Source: Basidiobolus meristosporus CBS 931.73 (Eukaryota; Fungi; Basidiobolomycota). From it: DNA of 64,000 nucleotides. Shown in pieces: positions 1-11,637 of the stretch (position 1 is its first letter; every line of letters begins with the position of its first letter). The translations under genes and the position numbers were made by a program. Under the pieces are notes generated by a model. That model was given only the letters and a program-made list of their open reading frames with translations. It had not been told where the DNA came from and ran no database searches. The stretch is from contig MCFE01000281.1 in the NCBI GenBank assembly GCA_002104905.1, positions 1-64,000 of the forward strand, in the 5' to 3' direction.

Positions 1-904
1 GAATGGTTTTAACAAACACCTCGACTATATGTCAGCCCAGACGGAGATAAGGTGGGTTGAAAGTTGCTCAGGAAAGGCATCAGTATTGGATTTTCAGTGA
101 CAACAAACATTTGGTGACGTCGTCAGCTGGTGACACTAATATGCTGCTTGCATATTAAAAACAGACAATTCTACATGCACTCGTCAGACTATTAGAAATA
201 AGTATTCATTGACAATAAGATCATGGCTTCCATGACTAACTAACGATTGGTAATCCAGCTCACTCGAAGAACTATGAGTACTATGTAGATTGACACAGAA
301 TGAAAACTACAGTATAAGCTTAGCCCCCATTGCACCAGTAAGTATTAGTTACGATACCAATTACGGTATCCAGAACTAGTTAGCGTCAAGTAACTTTATT
401 TAAGATGTTACAAGAACTTGCACCATCCGGCTTTTTGTTGACTTTGTTTTACGGTGTCCTAAATAATAAGAAAGTTGTGATACAGATACTAGGATGTCTA
501 AATAGCAAAGGTTTAAGGCGCACTAGATAACTCTAGAACACGCAATCAACAGGGTCTCTCTATGAACAACATCCTTTGATGAGTTCAACCATAGAATCAT
601 GGTTATGCCTGTTGGTGAATTATCAACATGTGATGGCTAGTTGGATCGATTGTTTCCTAAAACAAATATTCGTTCGGAGAGTTCCAAACTTTAAATTCTT
701 ATCTCGAGCCTGACCAATCATGAATCCGGGGCAATTCGAAGGAAGTTTCTGCGTTTTTGAATAATAACAATCTGTGGGTCAGTCGAGTCGTGGTAATAAT
801 ATGTGGATGATAAGCCTTTCACCTCCATGGCTCCATGACATTCATCTATACCGCCCAAAGGGGAGCGTTGTGCAACACTTTCTGTCAACGTCCACTTTAT
901 GATC

Positions 905-924
905 AATATAGAAGGTGACCGACT
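905..924 (+). promoter_or_regulatory. Conserved 20-bp upstream element of 3D-domain gene 1 (AATATAGAAGGTGACCGACT)
   Basis: 19/20 identical to 3194-3213 upstream of the paralog, although the surrounding intergenic DNA is not alignable. Confidence 0.55.
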
Positions 925-987
925 CGAAGGAGAAGGAAGATTCAAGTGCTAGCGATACTCAAAAGACTGGAGGATTCATGGAAAAAG

Positions 988-997
988 TATATATAAG
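988..997 (+). promoter_or_regulatory. TATA box of 3D-domain gene 1
   Basis: TATATATAAG about 40 bp upstream of the ATG at 1035. Confidence 0.6.
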
Positions 998-1034
998 CAT
1001 GGTGAAGGAATGTCTATTCTCTATCCACTTCAAC

Positions 1035-1634
1035 ATGCAAGTACTCAACAAGCTTCTTCTAACTACCCTCCTCTACATTACCTTTCTCCAGGGCGCGATC
1101 ATGGCCCAAAGGGTGAAGATGACTTACTACTGGGTCGCCAAGGAGAGCGATCACTCTGGACCCAAGAATGTCAATCTTCGCACCTGCACTGGAAAGACCA
1201 TCGCCAAGGTTTCAACATCCTTTGCCAACGCAGCCCGTATGGAAGGCACTGCACGTTTGAATAACGGAAAGATTGTCAACCTAGCTTGCAGTTGCGGTAG
1301 CGGCTACAACTGCTTTATGGAACTCGATCCCAAGCGGTATCCATTTGGTTTAGGCTCTCGAAGCAACGCACTTAAGCCATTCATCAGCATCTCGTCCAAC
1401 GACCTTCCGTATGGTAGCAGGGTTATGGTGCACCAATTGAAAGGATTGAAAATGCCCAACGGCATCACCCACAATGGATGTGTTCGCGTAGACGATAAAG
1501 GTTGGAGCTTTGGCAACAACCACATTGATCTGTTGGTTGGTGATAAGAAGTATTACGACCAAATCTCACGTAACTACGGATCTAAGCTTAGCTTTGTTGA
1601 TATCTCCATCTCCTCTTGCAAGCTACAAGGGTAG
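1035..1634 (+). CDS. Secreted 3D-domain (MltA-like double-psi barrel) protein, 199 aa, paralog 1
   Basis: The ORF track starts at GTG 915. The ATG at 1035 (MQVLNKLLL, hydrophobic signal peptide) matches the paralog start and gives the same 600-nt length. Motifs RMEGTARL, GLGSRSNALKPFISISSND, LPYGS, HNGCVRVDDKG and HIDLLVG carry the three 3D aspartates. AATAAA at 1714-1719. Confidence 0.85.
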   Translation: MQVLNKLLLTTLLYITFLQGAIMAQRVKMTYYWVAKESDHSGPKNVNLRTCTGKTIAKVSTSFANAARMEGTARLNNGKIVNLACSCGSGYNCFMELDPKRYPFGLGSRSNALKPFISISSNDLPYGSRVMVHQLKGLKMPNGITHNGCVRVDDKGWSFGNNHIDLLVGDKKYYDQISRNYGSKLSFVDISISSCKLQG

Positions 1635-3193
1635 GATTTTTCATAAGCACAATATACCATTACACTGGATGTATCTTCAGTTGAACTGAAGCTTCTGATC
1701 GGAAAACAGTATCAATAAATGTGTGCCTATGCCAAAAAGAAGCGCCACCTCATTCCCCGATATGTACTATAGTAGTCTTGATAAATTGTGTCTTCCTATC
1801 CCATATATATTTGGGTTGGGCGAGACGATGGCAATTCTACTGAACCGCATTTATACTGCTCCCAATTAACAACGCTTCTGGAATGATCTCCGATTGTCGG
1901 CAAAGAGCAATACCCATCCATACGCCTGCATTATGCGTCTAATCTCAACCAAGATTTGAGGAAATCCGACTGCCGATCCTGCGATGCAGATGAAGGGGTG
2001 GAATATTCCTCTGTTGTTTAGTAATTATCAATCACAATTTCCTTGGATGCGTCTACTTGAAGTCGTAGTATGAAATCGGCCAATCAAACCATGGATTTGT
2101 CATCTAGATTGAACAAAATACTATTGCAGTCCTGGTGCAGTAGCTTGTTTGATCATCTCACTGATAACTTGATCAAGAAGTCTGTCTGGTATTGACTTAG
2201 TAGTCCACAGTTACTGCGATATACTTGATAGGTGTCGCGTCGACGTGACAAGAGTGGAGGCCGTGCATTGGGTGATGGAGTAATATGTGGTTTCGATATT
2301 AGAATCACATGGATCAACTCGGGAACCATGGGAAACCGCTAGTCGTCTTCCAAAGAAAATTCTATGAGGAGGGCACAAACCGGAAAATTAGGTGAGAACA
2401 AGGGGGGTATCTTTACTATGTCACCCAACGTGCATTGCGTGATACAAGCATCACTCCATCCTCGAAGAATGTTGCAATTTGCCTCTGTGTGACCAACGGC
2501 TGCCCGCTACCCAAGGAGATTTCAGACAAGGTAACATGGTGACAACCTCATGCGAGATTTATGGATGGCGATGATTTGTTGGGTCATTCGGAACATGGCT
2601 CTACTCCTGCAAGGCTATCGATCTGGATCATGCGGAGCGATCGATGCTACGTACCACCTCTGATCCCTTGACCAGGGTAATGCAAGGTTATCGAATTTGT
2701 TATGAAGGTAATCGCTATGAAGCATTTGACGGTCCTCAAACGGGCTGGCCTATGCCGCATTTAGGATATCTTGGACATTTCCGGAGATTTATAGCAATTC
2801 CCGCCTGTATTTCTTCTAAGATTCTCTGTTCAAACCGCAGCCTTCCTTGAGTTCAATGTCTAATACGAGGCCCGGTAGAACTGATTTCCTAAATTGAGTG
2901 AAAGCTCGGAGGTTCTTTAAGTTAAACATTTTGTGGCTGTCCAATTAGGACCACAGCACGCATTTTAAGGAACGCTCCAATATTTACCACATCCATCGCC
3001 AATCACAAACCGGTTAACACAAGGACGCCCTCTAATCTCAAAGGAAAAGAAAAGAATTCTAAATATATAGTCAATCTAATCCCTCTCGTTTGGCATTTAC
3101 TAGAAGCTGCCTTAGGTTTACGCACAGGCATGGTTTTGTGCGACCAATTTGATCTAAGCGGTAGCCTTTCCTGCCGGTATCTGAGATAGGATG

Positions 3194-3213
3194 AATATAG
3201 TAGGTGACCGACT
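3194..3213 (+). promoter_or_regulatory. Conserved 20-bp upstream element of 3D-domain gene 2 (AATATAGTAGGTGACCGACT)
   Basis: 19/20 identical to 905-924. Confidence 0.55.
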
Positions 3214-3317
3214 TGAAAAATAAGGAAACCTCTTTTAGCATGATTCAAGACTGAAACGAGCGAAATAGATACCAGACCTTTGTTGTTGCGAGCTCAACCT
3301 CGACCGTAGAGAAAGGG

Positions 3318-3325
3318 TATAAAAA
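3318..3325 (+). promoter_or_regulatory. TATA box of 3D-domain gene 2
   Basis: TATAAAAA about 50 bp upstream of ATG 3375. Confidence 0.6.
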
Positions 3326-3374
3326 GAGAAACAAGAGACGCTTATTCTCTATCCGCTCCATAGCTGACTCGACC

Positions 3375-3974
3375 ATGCAAGTACTCAACAAACTTCTCTT
3401 GATTACCCTCCTCTACGTCGCCCTTTGCCAAACTGCCGTCATGGCCAAAGGGGTGAAGATGACCTTCTACTGGATCGCTAAAGAGAGCGACCACTCTGGA
3501 TCCAAGAGTATCGACCTCCGTACCTGCTCCGGACAGACCATTGCCAAGGTCTCGAGATCGTTCGCTGAGGCAGCTCGCATGGAGGGCACTGCCCGCTTAA
3601 GCAACGGAAAGGTTGTCAACCTTGCATGCGGCTGTGGTGGCGGCTATAGCTGCTTCATGACCCTTGACGAGAAGCGTTACCCTTACGGCCTTGGCTCTAG
3701 AAGCAACTCTCTCAAGCCATTCATCAGTATTTCTGCCAACGATCTTCCCTATGGAAGTACCGTGATGGTTAGCCAATTGAAGGGATTGAAGATGCCCAAC
3801 GGATCCACTCACAATGGATGTGTCCGCGTTGATGACAAGGGGTGGAGCTTCGGAAACAACCACATCGATCTTCTTGTCGGAGACAAGAAGTACTACGAGC
3901 AAATCGCCCGTACCTACGGGTCTAGACTTGATCACGTTGATATCAGCGTCACTTCCTGCCAGTTGCAAGGATAA
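3375..3974 (+). CDS. Secreted 3D-domain (MltA-like) protein, 199 aa, paralog 2
   Basis: Gap-free alignment to 1035-1634 with about 158/199 identical residues (hand count). Same signal peptide and 3D motifs. AATAAA at 4060-4065. Confidence 0.88.
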   Translation: MQVLNKLLLITLLYVALCQTAVMAKGVKMTFYWIAKESDHSGSKSIDLRTCSGQTIAKVSRSFAEAARMEGTARLSNGKVVNLACGCGGGYSCFMTLDEKRYPYGLGSRSNSLKPFISISANDLPYGSTVMVSQLKGLKMPNGSTHNGCVRVDDKGWSFGNNHIDLLVGDKKYYEQIARTYGSRLDHVDISVTSCQLQG

Positions 3975-6930
3975 ATCACTCTAATAGCGTAGCACTGGAT
4001 GCAGACCTATCGGGCATTTCATTGAGTAGATCTTTTACTTCTGGTAAGAAAAAGCTGGAAATAAATCATGTTTGGAAACACTATATTCTTTCATTCGGAC
4101 GGCATGTTCGTTTCACCAATCATCTTGGCCCCCATTCTTGATGGATCCACTGGAGATCATGCTGGCTGGTATGGGCATGGGCATCGATGTCATTTTTCCA
4201 GAGCTGCTCTTCCCACATCTAGGCATCCGATTTAACCACCGACCATATACGGCGATGGGACACCTTTAAATTGTATCCAATCAACCGCCATTCAACAAGA
4301 AGTGGGTTGTTTACAACTCAAGGGGATTTAATTGGTGTATGTCGATTAGCGTGGCCAATTACCCAAGAGGATTCTAATCTCCGCCCACCACCTATATTAC
4401 CCGCTAAACGGATCTGGTTGTTGGCGAGAGAGCCTCGCTAAGCAGGCATGCTGGCACATCCAGAGCGATGTGGTAACTTGATCCATAAAGTACACCCCTC
4501 CGAGGAGCGACGGAATTAAAAAGCCTTCTTTCAACCATGTTCGCACCTGCTCTAGTCTGACCCAATCAAAGCAGGATGCAGCGCGAGATCTGGGTTGAGC
4601 CAAATATGGCACCAGGCTCTCCCTCAAAAGTCAGAGTAATGATCTTATGGCAGCCATTCTGGTAGACAGGTTACATGTGCAACTGTTTGAACGCAATAGC
4701 CAAGTGGCTTTCGAAGGACAGCAATCAGAGGGGCGTTTACATAGGAAGTAATCCGGGCAGCCCTTGCTGATGGATATACATCATAGGCCAACCACGGAAC
4801 ATAAAGCATCACCACCCCAACCCAGCCCTATCTCAGATCTCGCCCAGTACAGCGGGCAGACGATCTTGACGCATGAATCCACCATACCTTCCTTATGCGG
4901 AATTAACTTGGTTGTCCACCAATTGCCCATGCTTTGCCCAAACCAACGTGTTTCGTGCAAGCTTGCTGGGTGATATCTCCGATAGGCAGGTGAAAGTTAC
5001 ACACGTTCAACGCGGTAGAAGTGTTCCATGGAATCAACGCTACTGGATCGATCAATACATCGTTTAAATCCATCAAGGAATGACCAAATCCTGCGGATGC
5101 CGGGTAGGTGGTTTACCATACTTGTTCCTCTCTTTTCACGGGTACTTGGGTGTAATGTCGTGAGGTTTGTAAGGCGTGGGGTGTAATGGGGTGGGCTTAA
5201 TGGCGGTTTGCTGGGCGTTGCCAGCCGGATATACCACTAAACAGTGACCTCCCTGTTGACTATCTCAGGGATGATCGAGTCCAGACGCCGGTCTGATCAC
5301 CTCTCGGATGTCTACGACGTAATGGCTGCGTGGCGGAGCCTGTGAAGCGGTGTGCAGTACGGTCCAGCTAAGATTCATGGTGGACTCGACTCGGGTTACC
5401 GCTGGTCTCCTGAATATGTACCAAGGTACTCTAAAGGTTAAAAGGAAATCGATCATCTCGTTTAGGGTCAATCCCGCTGTTGCGGTCGGTTGGAATTAAT
5501 CGTGATGTGAGGTACTGAGGGATCGGAAATGGACGCCGAAAGGTAATTACCATTGACGATTGGCCATTCGTACAGAGCCTACAGGGGGAGGATCCAATCG
5601 TAAATATTGTATCCTAGGTGTACAACACGTAGGCGATACCAGCCAGACCGCCTGTCCAATGGTCGTGTCAGCCAGAATGATTCATCCACGAAGTGATCAA
5701 TCACTGACCATACCCCACCACATCAGAGGACAGTGAAGTCAAAATGCACGAAATCCTACTGGTGAACGGTGGATCTAAGTGGATGGGAAGTAGCGTTGCT
5801 GATGGGTTGTATCATCGAAACACCAGACTTATCCCCGAGGTTGAGCTAACATTTGTTTCGATTCCATTAACTGGTGGACCATTCTCGGCAGCAGGTGAAT
5901 TTCGTGGCGGGGTTCGTAGATGAAATTCATCTATTTTAGGATTGGTTCAAGTAGAAGTCTACCCTCATTGCTCTAAAACCACGTGTCTCTTCAAGTTTCA
6001 AAAATCCCTTTGTTGCCGTAAACAACAGGATTGCTCCTAATTATTCATGAGTTATGAATTATGATATGGCTTATTTGCGAGAGTCAGTTCATGGCTTGGG
6101 ATCATCTTTGGATGAAATCTCGCTAATTATACCGAATCGTGGAAGTACTTGAGGCAAATAACCCATACTTCTCTCCTAGAGCTTCCCCGGCACATTTGTT
6201 CTGTTTTTTTGCGAGGCTTTGCAAAAAGTACAAGTACCTTGTCTTATTACAAATACCTTATCTCATCTCAATAAGTGAACAAGTAAAAGACCACATTTCT
6301 AATTACTCCAAACACCCAAGTTCCCAATTCAACCACACAAACCACTGGAGTTTTTCCTATCACTCTTGTGACCTTGCCAAATATTAGCAGAGAATCAGGA
6401 AAGTGGAATCTGTTGATTTAACGAATACTTTTTGAGATTTGTCCAAGCAAACGAGCTAATGGGCCGCAGATGATTATCGAATGGCTATGCAACGGTTGCG
6501 GTCCTTTTGGCCATCATGAAAGCGTTTTATCCTAATAATAGTCTATTGATCTGATCTTTGGTATTTTGTGCCTGCAACCACAACGTAACACATCAAGATG
6601 CATAATATTGATCGAAACATGTCAAATAGTTGTTACACCTGGATACTCACAGGTGAAAATGCCGATATTGATGACCTTTCAATCATTAAATATTTGTTTG
6701 AATAAACAAGCGGTGGACACCTAAAGTAGTCCATGCGTATTACGATACGAACGCATATTTTGTCACCCCCGCAAGTAAATAGATGAAAATGAACCCGGTT
6801 TTCGAAGTAGTTGACATTTATTATGGCTTCTTATACACATTATTAGTGGGCTATTAGTTTGAAAGAGGGGTCTCGCCGTTTTAGCAAATACCCCTTCTAT
6901 ATACTTACGGAATATTTTACACTTTGGGAT

Positions 6931-7668
6931 TTACTGGCTGGCGGTAAACTCCATGCTGGCAATGAGCTTATTGTCATCATACAGAGAGCACTTCGAGGCG
7001 ATGACGGCATCACTATTCCAGCTGGGCACAAGCTCAGACTTCTTGAAGCAGTCGTAAAGTTTGGCGCCCATAGGAAGATCTCCCTCAATATACTCCTTTG
7101 GTTGAATGATGGTGGCAGCTGTGAAGCTCTCTCCCTCAGAGTTAACCCCTTCATATTCGAAGCGATGAACAGAGTCAGGATTGCGTGCGGCAACATCCCA
7201 GAAATATCCTTGGTTTTGGTAAGCAATGAGGAAATCGTTCATATAAGCGACAGATGATGGCTCAACAGGAGTGCATTCACATGGTGAATGAACAGTTGGC
7301 TTGGGAGTGACATGAGGGATGGATTGGGTATGAATGGAGGTTGGTGCAGCCACGGAAGTAGAGTTGGCGTACACCGATGATGAAGATGAGTGATCAGGCT
7401 TGTTCACTGACTCTGGAGGTCTGTCTGCGCAAGCTGCACTAGTAGACGAGCCGAATGTGAACATCACACAAACTTGGTCTACTGGACAAGCATAATCAAC
7501 TACCTTGCCACCGGCGCATCTGTACATCAAACCAGATTTATGTTCCTCAAGGCAATGAAGGGCGGTATTTTGCATTTCCTGGCAATGCTGCTGAAGATTT
7601 TGATGTGGCAAGGCCAAAGCAACAGCAGCGAATGTCAAACAAGCGGAAAGGGAGGTGGCAAATTTCAT
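6931..7668 (-). CDS. Secreted two-module protein, 245 aa: signal peptide + module A (6-Cys, CBM19-like) + S/T/P linker + module B
   Basis: Signal MKFATSLSACLTFAAVALALP. Cys spacing C-x9-C-x11-C-x9-C-x5-C-x12-C is shared with the 92-aa genes. The C-terminal PCEC...KLYDCF...KCSLYDDNKLIASME aligns with both repeats of the 335-aa genes. TATATATA at 7738-7745 and AATAAA on the minus strand at 6817-6822. Confidence 0.88.
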   Translation of the reverse strand: MKFATSLSACLTFAAVALALPHQNLQQHCQEMQNTALHCLEEHKSGLMYRCAGGKVVDYACPVDQVCVMFTFGSSTSAACADRPPESVNKPDHSSSSSVYANSTSVAAPTSIHTQSIPHVTPKPTVHSPCECTPVEPSSVAYMNDFLIAYQNQGYFWDVAARNPDSVHRFEYEGVNSEGESFTAATIIQPKEYIEGDLPMGAKLYDCFKKSELVPSWNSDAVIASKCSLYDDNKLIASMEFTASQ

Positions 7669-8158
7669 AGTGAGATCTTGTTGCTGGTATGGCCAGAGAA
7701 TGAAATTCTGTTAGTCGTAATCGGTAGCCGTGCGAGGTATATATACGTTCTGCCCCAAATCAGCAGCAAATCATTTCTTTCTCCAGTGAACCAGTGCTCT
7801 CGACAAGCAGTAACGGTACAGTTCCAAATCCTCCCAAATTTAGCGCGATCTTCAGGCGTGGCTTGGCCCAATTAAAATGCCAATCGATGGGGAATTGGAA
7901 TCTGTCCATCCATGCTAGAGAAAGGTGGCACATTTCCGGCCGCTCCGTCACGATTGGCATGAAGACCTGGATCTGGGCAGCCGGTCAGTGTTATTGATGG
8001 CATTTCTGTCAGGGTCACCATTTTGGGATCCCAATAAGCATATCATTTCCCAGCCTCGAATGTCTTTGATGCAGCGTTCCGGGGAAATCATACACCGCCA
8101 TTATGCTGCTTTGCCATATATGAGTCTCGGTGGTTCATCTGCATCGAACGCGTAGGGC

Positions 8159-8184
8159 ATCAAGATAGCGATCGATGAGATCAC
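8159..8184 (-). promoter_or_regulatory. Conserved 26-bp GAT-repeat element upstream of the A-B gene
   Basis: + strand ATCAAGATAGCGATCGATGAGATCAC, 491 bp from the start codon. Near-identical copies at 9887 and 13033. Confidence 0.65.
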
Positions 8185-9147
8185 CGACTCAAGATTTGGC
8201 ATGAATGATTTTTTCCTTTTCAACCACCTGGATCCTGAGTGACGAGAAAAAAATAAACACTCTGGTGATTGGTTTCTTTACTGGTGGAGCCGGTGAACAC
8301 CGTTGGATTTCATCCCTGCACATAGCCAGGTATTGGGGTAAGAGAACCGAGGGTGTCGTGAAATACGGTAGGGTTCGGGATGAATGATCAGGTGGTATAT
8401 CTATGGGTTAGTACATCGGCCAAAGCGACAGCAATGAGTACAAAGCAGAACCTTATCAGTCCCAGTATGGCAAAGCATTGTCTTGTTTGTTCCCATTCTT
8501 AGTCTCCATGACCAGGACATATTATTAACCTCATCCGGTTCATTTATGGTTTATCTTTGTGGGCTTTTTTTCCAGAACCAAATATGGTGGGGGAATTTGA
8601 CGAAAGGACAGCAAATAGCGAGGCTCAATTCGAAGGCATCGGTGCATACTTACATACTGTTGATCGGCCACTGAGCAGCATTCCACAAAAAAATCCTGCC
8701 GGTTTCGCATTCGCCTGCAATCTGCCACTTTCTACCAAGGTCAATTTTATTTCGAATGTGATTTCGATGTCCATGGTTTAGGAATTCATTGCTTGGTTTG
8801 TGCGATGCACTACTGTAGGCATATCGGACGGCTATCAATCATGTCGAACTATTCCTCTGAAGAAAATTGGATTCGTGAATTTTGCCAATGCTGGCGTGAT
8901 ACTCAATACGTAGCGAGTCACCTATCATTGATTCTCTGCGTATCTAAGTTGAGCAAAGAATTCAACAATGGTGATTTTCTCCTGTTAGGTCTTTATGCCT
9001 TCTATCTGGTGTTTCACATCATCCGATAAGAGTATAGAGCATATTGTGAAGTACCTCAATAATATTCAAAAGCAATACCTATCTCCGTCACTGATCGTTA
9101 CCAAATCCTTTGTCGCTTAATGACGTTCACTACCACCAACAAATCCC

Positions 9148-9698
9148 AGATGAACAGTAAAAGAATGTCGTGTGGCTTTCATTTATTGGGTATTTATGCT
9201 ATGTATCTACATCGGTAGCAACGGAAAAGGCTACCTTTAGTTAGAGCCAGAGTTTTCGCCGTTGGCACTGGGAGGGAGTTGGGCACATGCGGCACTGGTA
9301 ACCGATTGCCAGGTGAACTTCACACACACTTGGTCTTCGAAGCAAGAGTAGTCCACCATCTTTCCACCTTGGCATCTCCACATTACTCCAGAGTGAAACT
9401 CATCGACACACTGAAGAGCGGTGTCTGGCTTTCCTGCGCACCATTCGTCCAGAGGCAAGGCAAGAGCGGAAGCAGCAAGAGTCAGGCCGGCGAAGAAGGA
9501 GGCAGCGAACTTCATTGTTTGTTGTGGGTTATTTGATGGTGGTTGTAAGCGGTGTTGTATGGTATTTATACTTTCGTCCTCAAGCTCCAGGCATCAATGA
9601 CTCATTTGTTCCTACAGCGGTATGGTGTTCTCGACCAGCATCGGTGGGTAGAGTCTCAAATCCTCACCAATATAGCACAGTCCTCAATGACGACTGAG
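9148..9698. repeat. Near-identical ~550-bp block, copy 1 (gene A1 with proximal flanks)
   Basis: Aligns to 10778-11327 at an offset of about 1630. The CDS is identical and flank similarity stops abruptly at both ends. Confidence 0.9.
9237..9515 (-). CDS. Small secreted Cys-rich protein A1, 92 aa (stand-alone module A)
   Basis: Signal MKFAASFFAGLTLAASALALP, six Cys in family spacing, TATAAATA (minus) at 9563-9570, AATAAA (minus) at 9182-9187. Confidence 0.88.
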   Translation of the reverse strand: MKFAASFFAGLTLAASALALPLDEWCAGKPDTALQCVDEFHSGVMWRCQGGKMVDYSCFEDQVCVKFTWQSVTSAACAQLPPSANGENSGSN

Positions 9699-9886
9699 TC
9701 AAATAGAAGCATCGGCTTAGAACAGGTTGCAATTTATTCTGTAAACTGCAGAGCTTAGTCCCATCAATATTAACATTGGGATCTCTGACACAAATGCTAT
9801 TTGGGATATCTAATGAGCATTTTCCTGATCATGGCTTTTTGGAATATCCGCCAGCATAATTCCACCCGAGTAACAGTAAATACGGT

Positions 9887-9912
9887 ATCAAGATAGCGAT
9901 CGATGCGATCAC
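9887..9912 (-). promoter_or_regulatory. Conserved 26-bp GAT-repeat element upstream of A1
   Basis: + strand ATCAAGATAGCGATCGATGCGATCAC, 372 bp from the start codon. Confidence 0.65.
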
Positions 9913-10777
9913 GGAAAAGTTCCCCTTGGTGGGCTTTCTGTGAGATTTACGATGCTTTAGTGGCCCACAGGAACCCAAAACAGCGTTGGAATGATGGGCT
10001 AGAATGACCCAACCACCCGCATGGAATCTATTTCTTTTTAAGGACTGAAGGTTGGCCTGAGTGTGAGAAATCGAGAGTGATCAGAGGATGGAAGATTCCA
10101 TGGACATTAATGCCACTTGTTGATCTGTTTTGATTCCATTATTGTACACCAATGTCAGAATTAGCAGTATATCCTGCATAACTATACATGAACCCACCCA
10201 GATTATACAGCCCGGTAATGTCAAGTCGAGTACGTAATATCCGAGAAACGAAATGTCACCTAATTTTGGCTACATTAACAACATGACCATGATCTCTACA
10301 GTACCGTCAGCCAATTACTATGGGCCAGGTTTGGTTTGGCACTTTGAGTGGCTTACCTGGCTCTTGCGATGCATGCAACGTACACTTCTATTGGTAATGC
10401 TTCACTCGATGATACTTTCCGGACGATACTGCCTAGATTGATATCTGCTCTAGTTGCCTACTTTAATAATGAAACCATTGCGCCCCAAGAGTAACTGCTA
10501 AAGGAAATTGTTCAGAACATCTTTGTTAAATGTGAAACCTGTGGTGGGATTGATTGGGAATACTGTGCTAGAGTGATATTGCTAATGTCTCGTAAACTTC
10601 TTGGATCAAAAAGGGCCGTCGCCACTTACATATCAGTTGAGTACATTATAATGTATAAAGCCGGGTAGTTTATATGAGGTATCTTATGCATCTTTTAGCG
10701 GATTCCTTTGTCGTACATTCACTGTTGCCGGTACAGTCAAAAGCCCCTGCTCTCATCAATTCTGAAAAGCATATCTC

Positions 10778-11327
10778 TGATGAAAAGTGAAAGAATGTTG
10801 TGTGACTTTCATTTATTGGGCATTTATGCTATGTATCTACATCGGTAGCAACGGAAAAGGCTACCTTTAGTTAGAGCCAGAGTTTTCGCCGTTGGCACTG
10901 GGAGGGAGTTGGGCACATGCGGCACTGGTAACCGATTGCCAGGTGAACTTCACACACACTTGGTCTTCGAAGCAAGAGTAGTCCACCATCTTTCCACCTT
11001 GGCATCTCCACATTACTCCAGAGTGAAACTCATCGACACACTGAAGAGCGGTGTCTGGCTTTCCTGCGCACCATTCGTCCAGAGGCAAGGCAAGAGCGGA
11101 AGCAGCAAGAGTCAGGCCGGCGAAGAAGGAGGCAGCGAACTTCATTGTTTGTTGTGGGTTATTTGATGGTGGTTGTAAGCGGTGTTGTATGGTATTTATA
11201 CTTTCGTCCTCAACTCCAGGCATCAATGACTCATTTGTTCCTACAGTGGTATGGTGTTCTCGACCAGCATCGGTGGGTAGAGTCTCAAATCCTCACCAAT
11301 ATAGCACAGTCCTCAATGATGACTGAG
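10778..11327. repeat. Near-identical ~550-bp block, copy 2 (gene A2 with proximal flanks)
   Basis: Aligns to 9148-9698. Confidence 0.9.
10867..11145 (-). CDS. Small secreted Cys-rich protein A2, 92 aa, identical to A1
   Basis: The ORF track extends to 11226, but ATG 11145 matches A1 and lies downstream of TATAAATA (minus, 11193-11200). The 279-nt CDS is identical to A1. AATAAA (minus) at 10812-10817. Confidence 0.88.
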   Translation of the reverse strand: MKFAASFFAGLTLAASALALPLDEWCAGKPDTALQCVDEFHSGVMWRCQGGKMVDYSCFEDQVCVKFTWQSVTSAACAQLPPSANGENSGSN

Positions 11328-11611
11328 CTAAATAGGAATATCAGACTGCGAGGAGTTGAAATCCTCTCATCAATGCCAGAAGTATCGCATACGGAATACG
11401 TCAACTGCATTGGTAATGATGCTTTGGTCAGCGCGGTCGATCAGGCTTGATCTCCAAATGGCCATCTTAATTGCTGTTTGGATAATCGAATAAGCATAAT
11501 TCTGGCCCGACTGCCGTGGATATCCTCGGTGTAGTGTTCCAGAAACGCTCTACACTACCATCACGCCATCTAACCACACGTGTACCACTCTGAGCTGCTG
11601 CCAAATGCAGT

Positions 11612-11637
11612 ATCAAGATGGTGCTTGATGTAATAAC
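11612..11637 (-). promoter_or_regulatory. Degenerate copy of the 26-bp element upstream of A2
   Basis: ATCAAGATGGTGCTTGATGTAATAAC, 19/26 match to the A1 copy, 467 bp from the start codon. Confidence 0.45.

Noticed and set aside
915-1034. N-terminal ORF extensions (915, and likewise 11226, 12795, 20034, 24192)
   Set aside because: They are not shared between paralogs, they bury the signal peptide, and most span or precede the TATA box. The downstream ATGs give paralog-matched lengths.
4400-5900. GC-richer intergenic stretch with short ORFs (for example 5265-5471) and G-runs
   Set aside because: No recognisable protein motif, RNA-gene fold, repeat partner or four-tract G-quadruplex could be supported.
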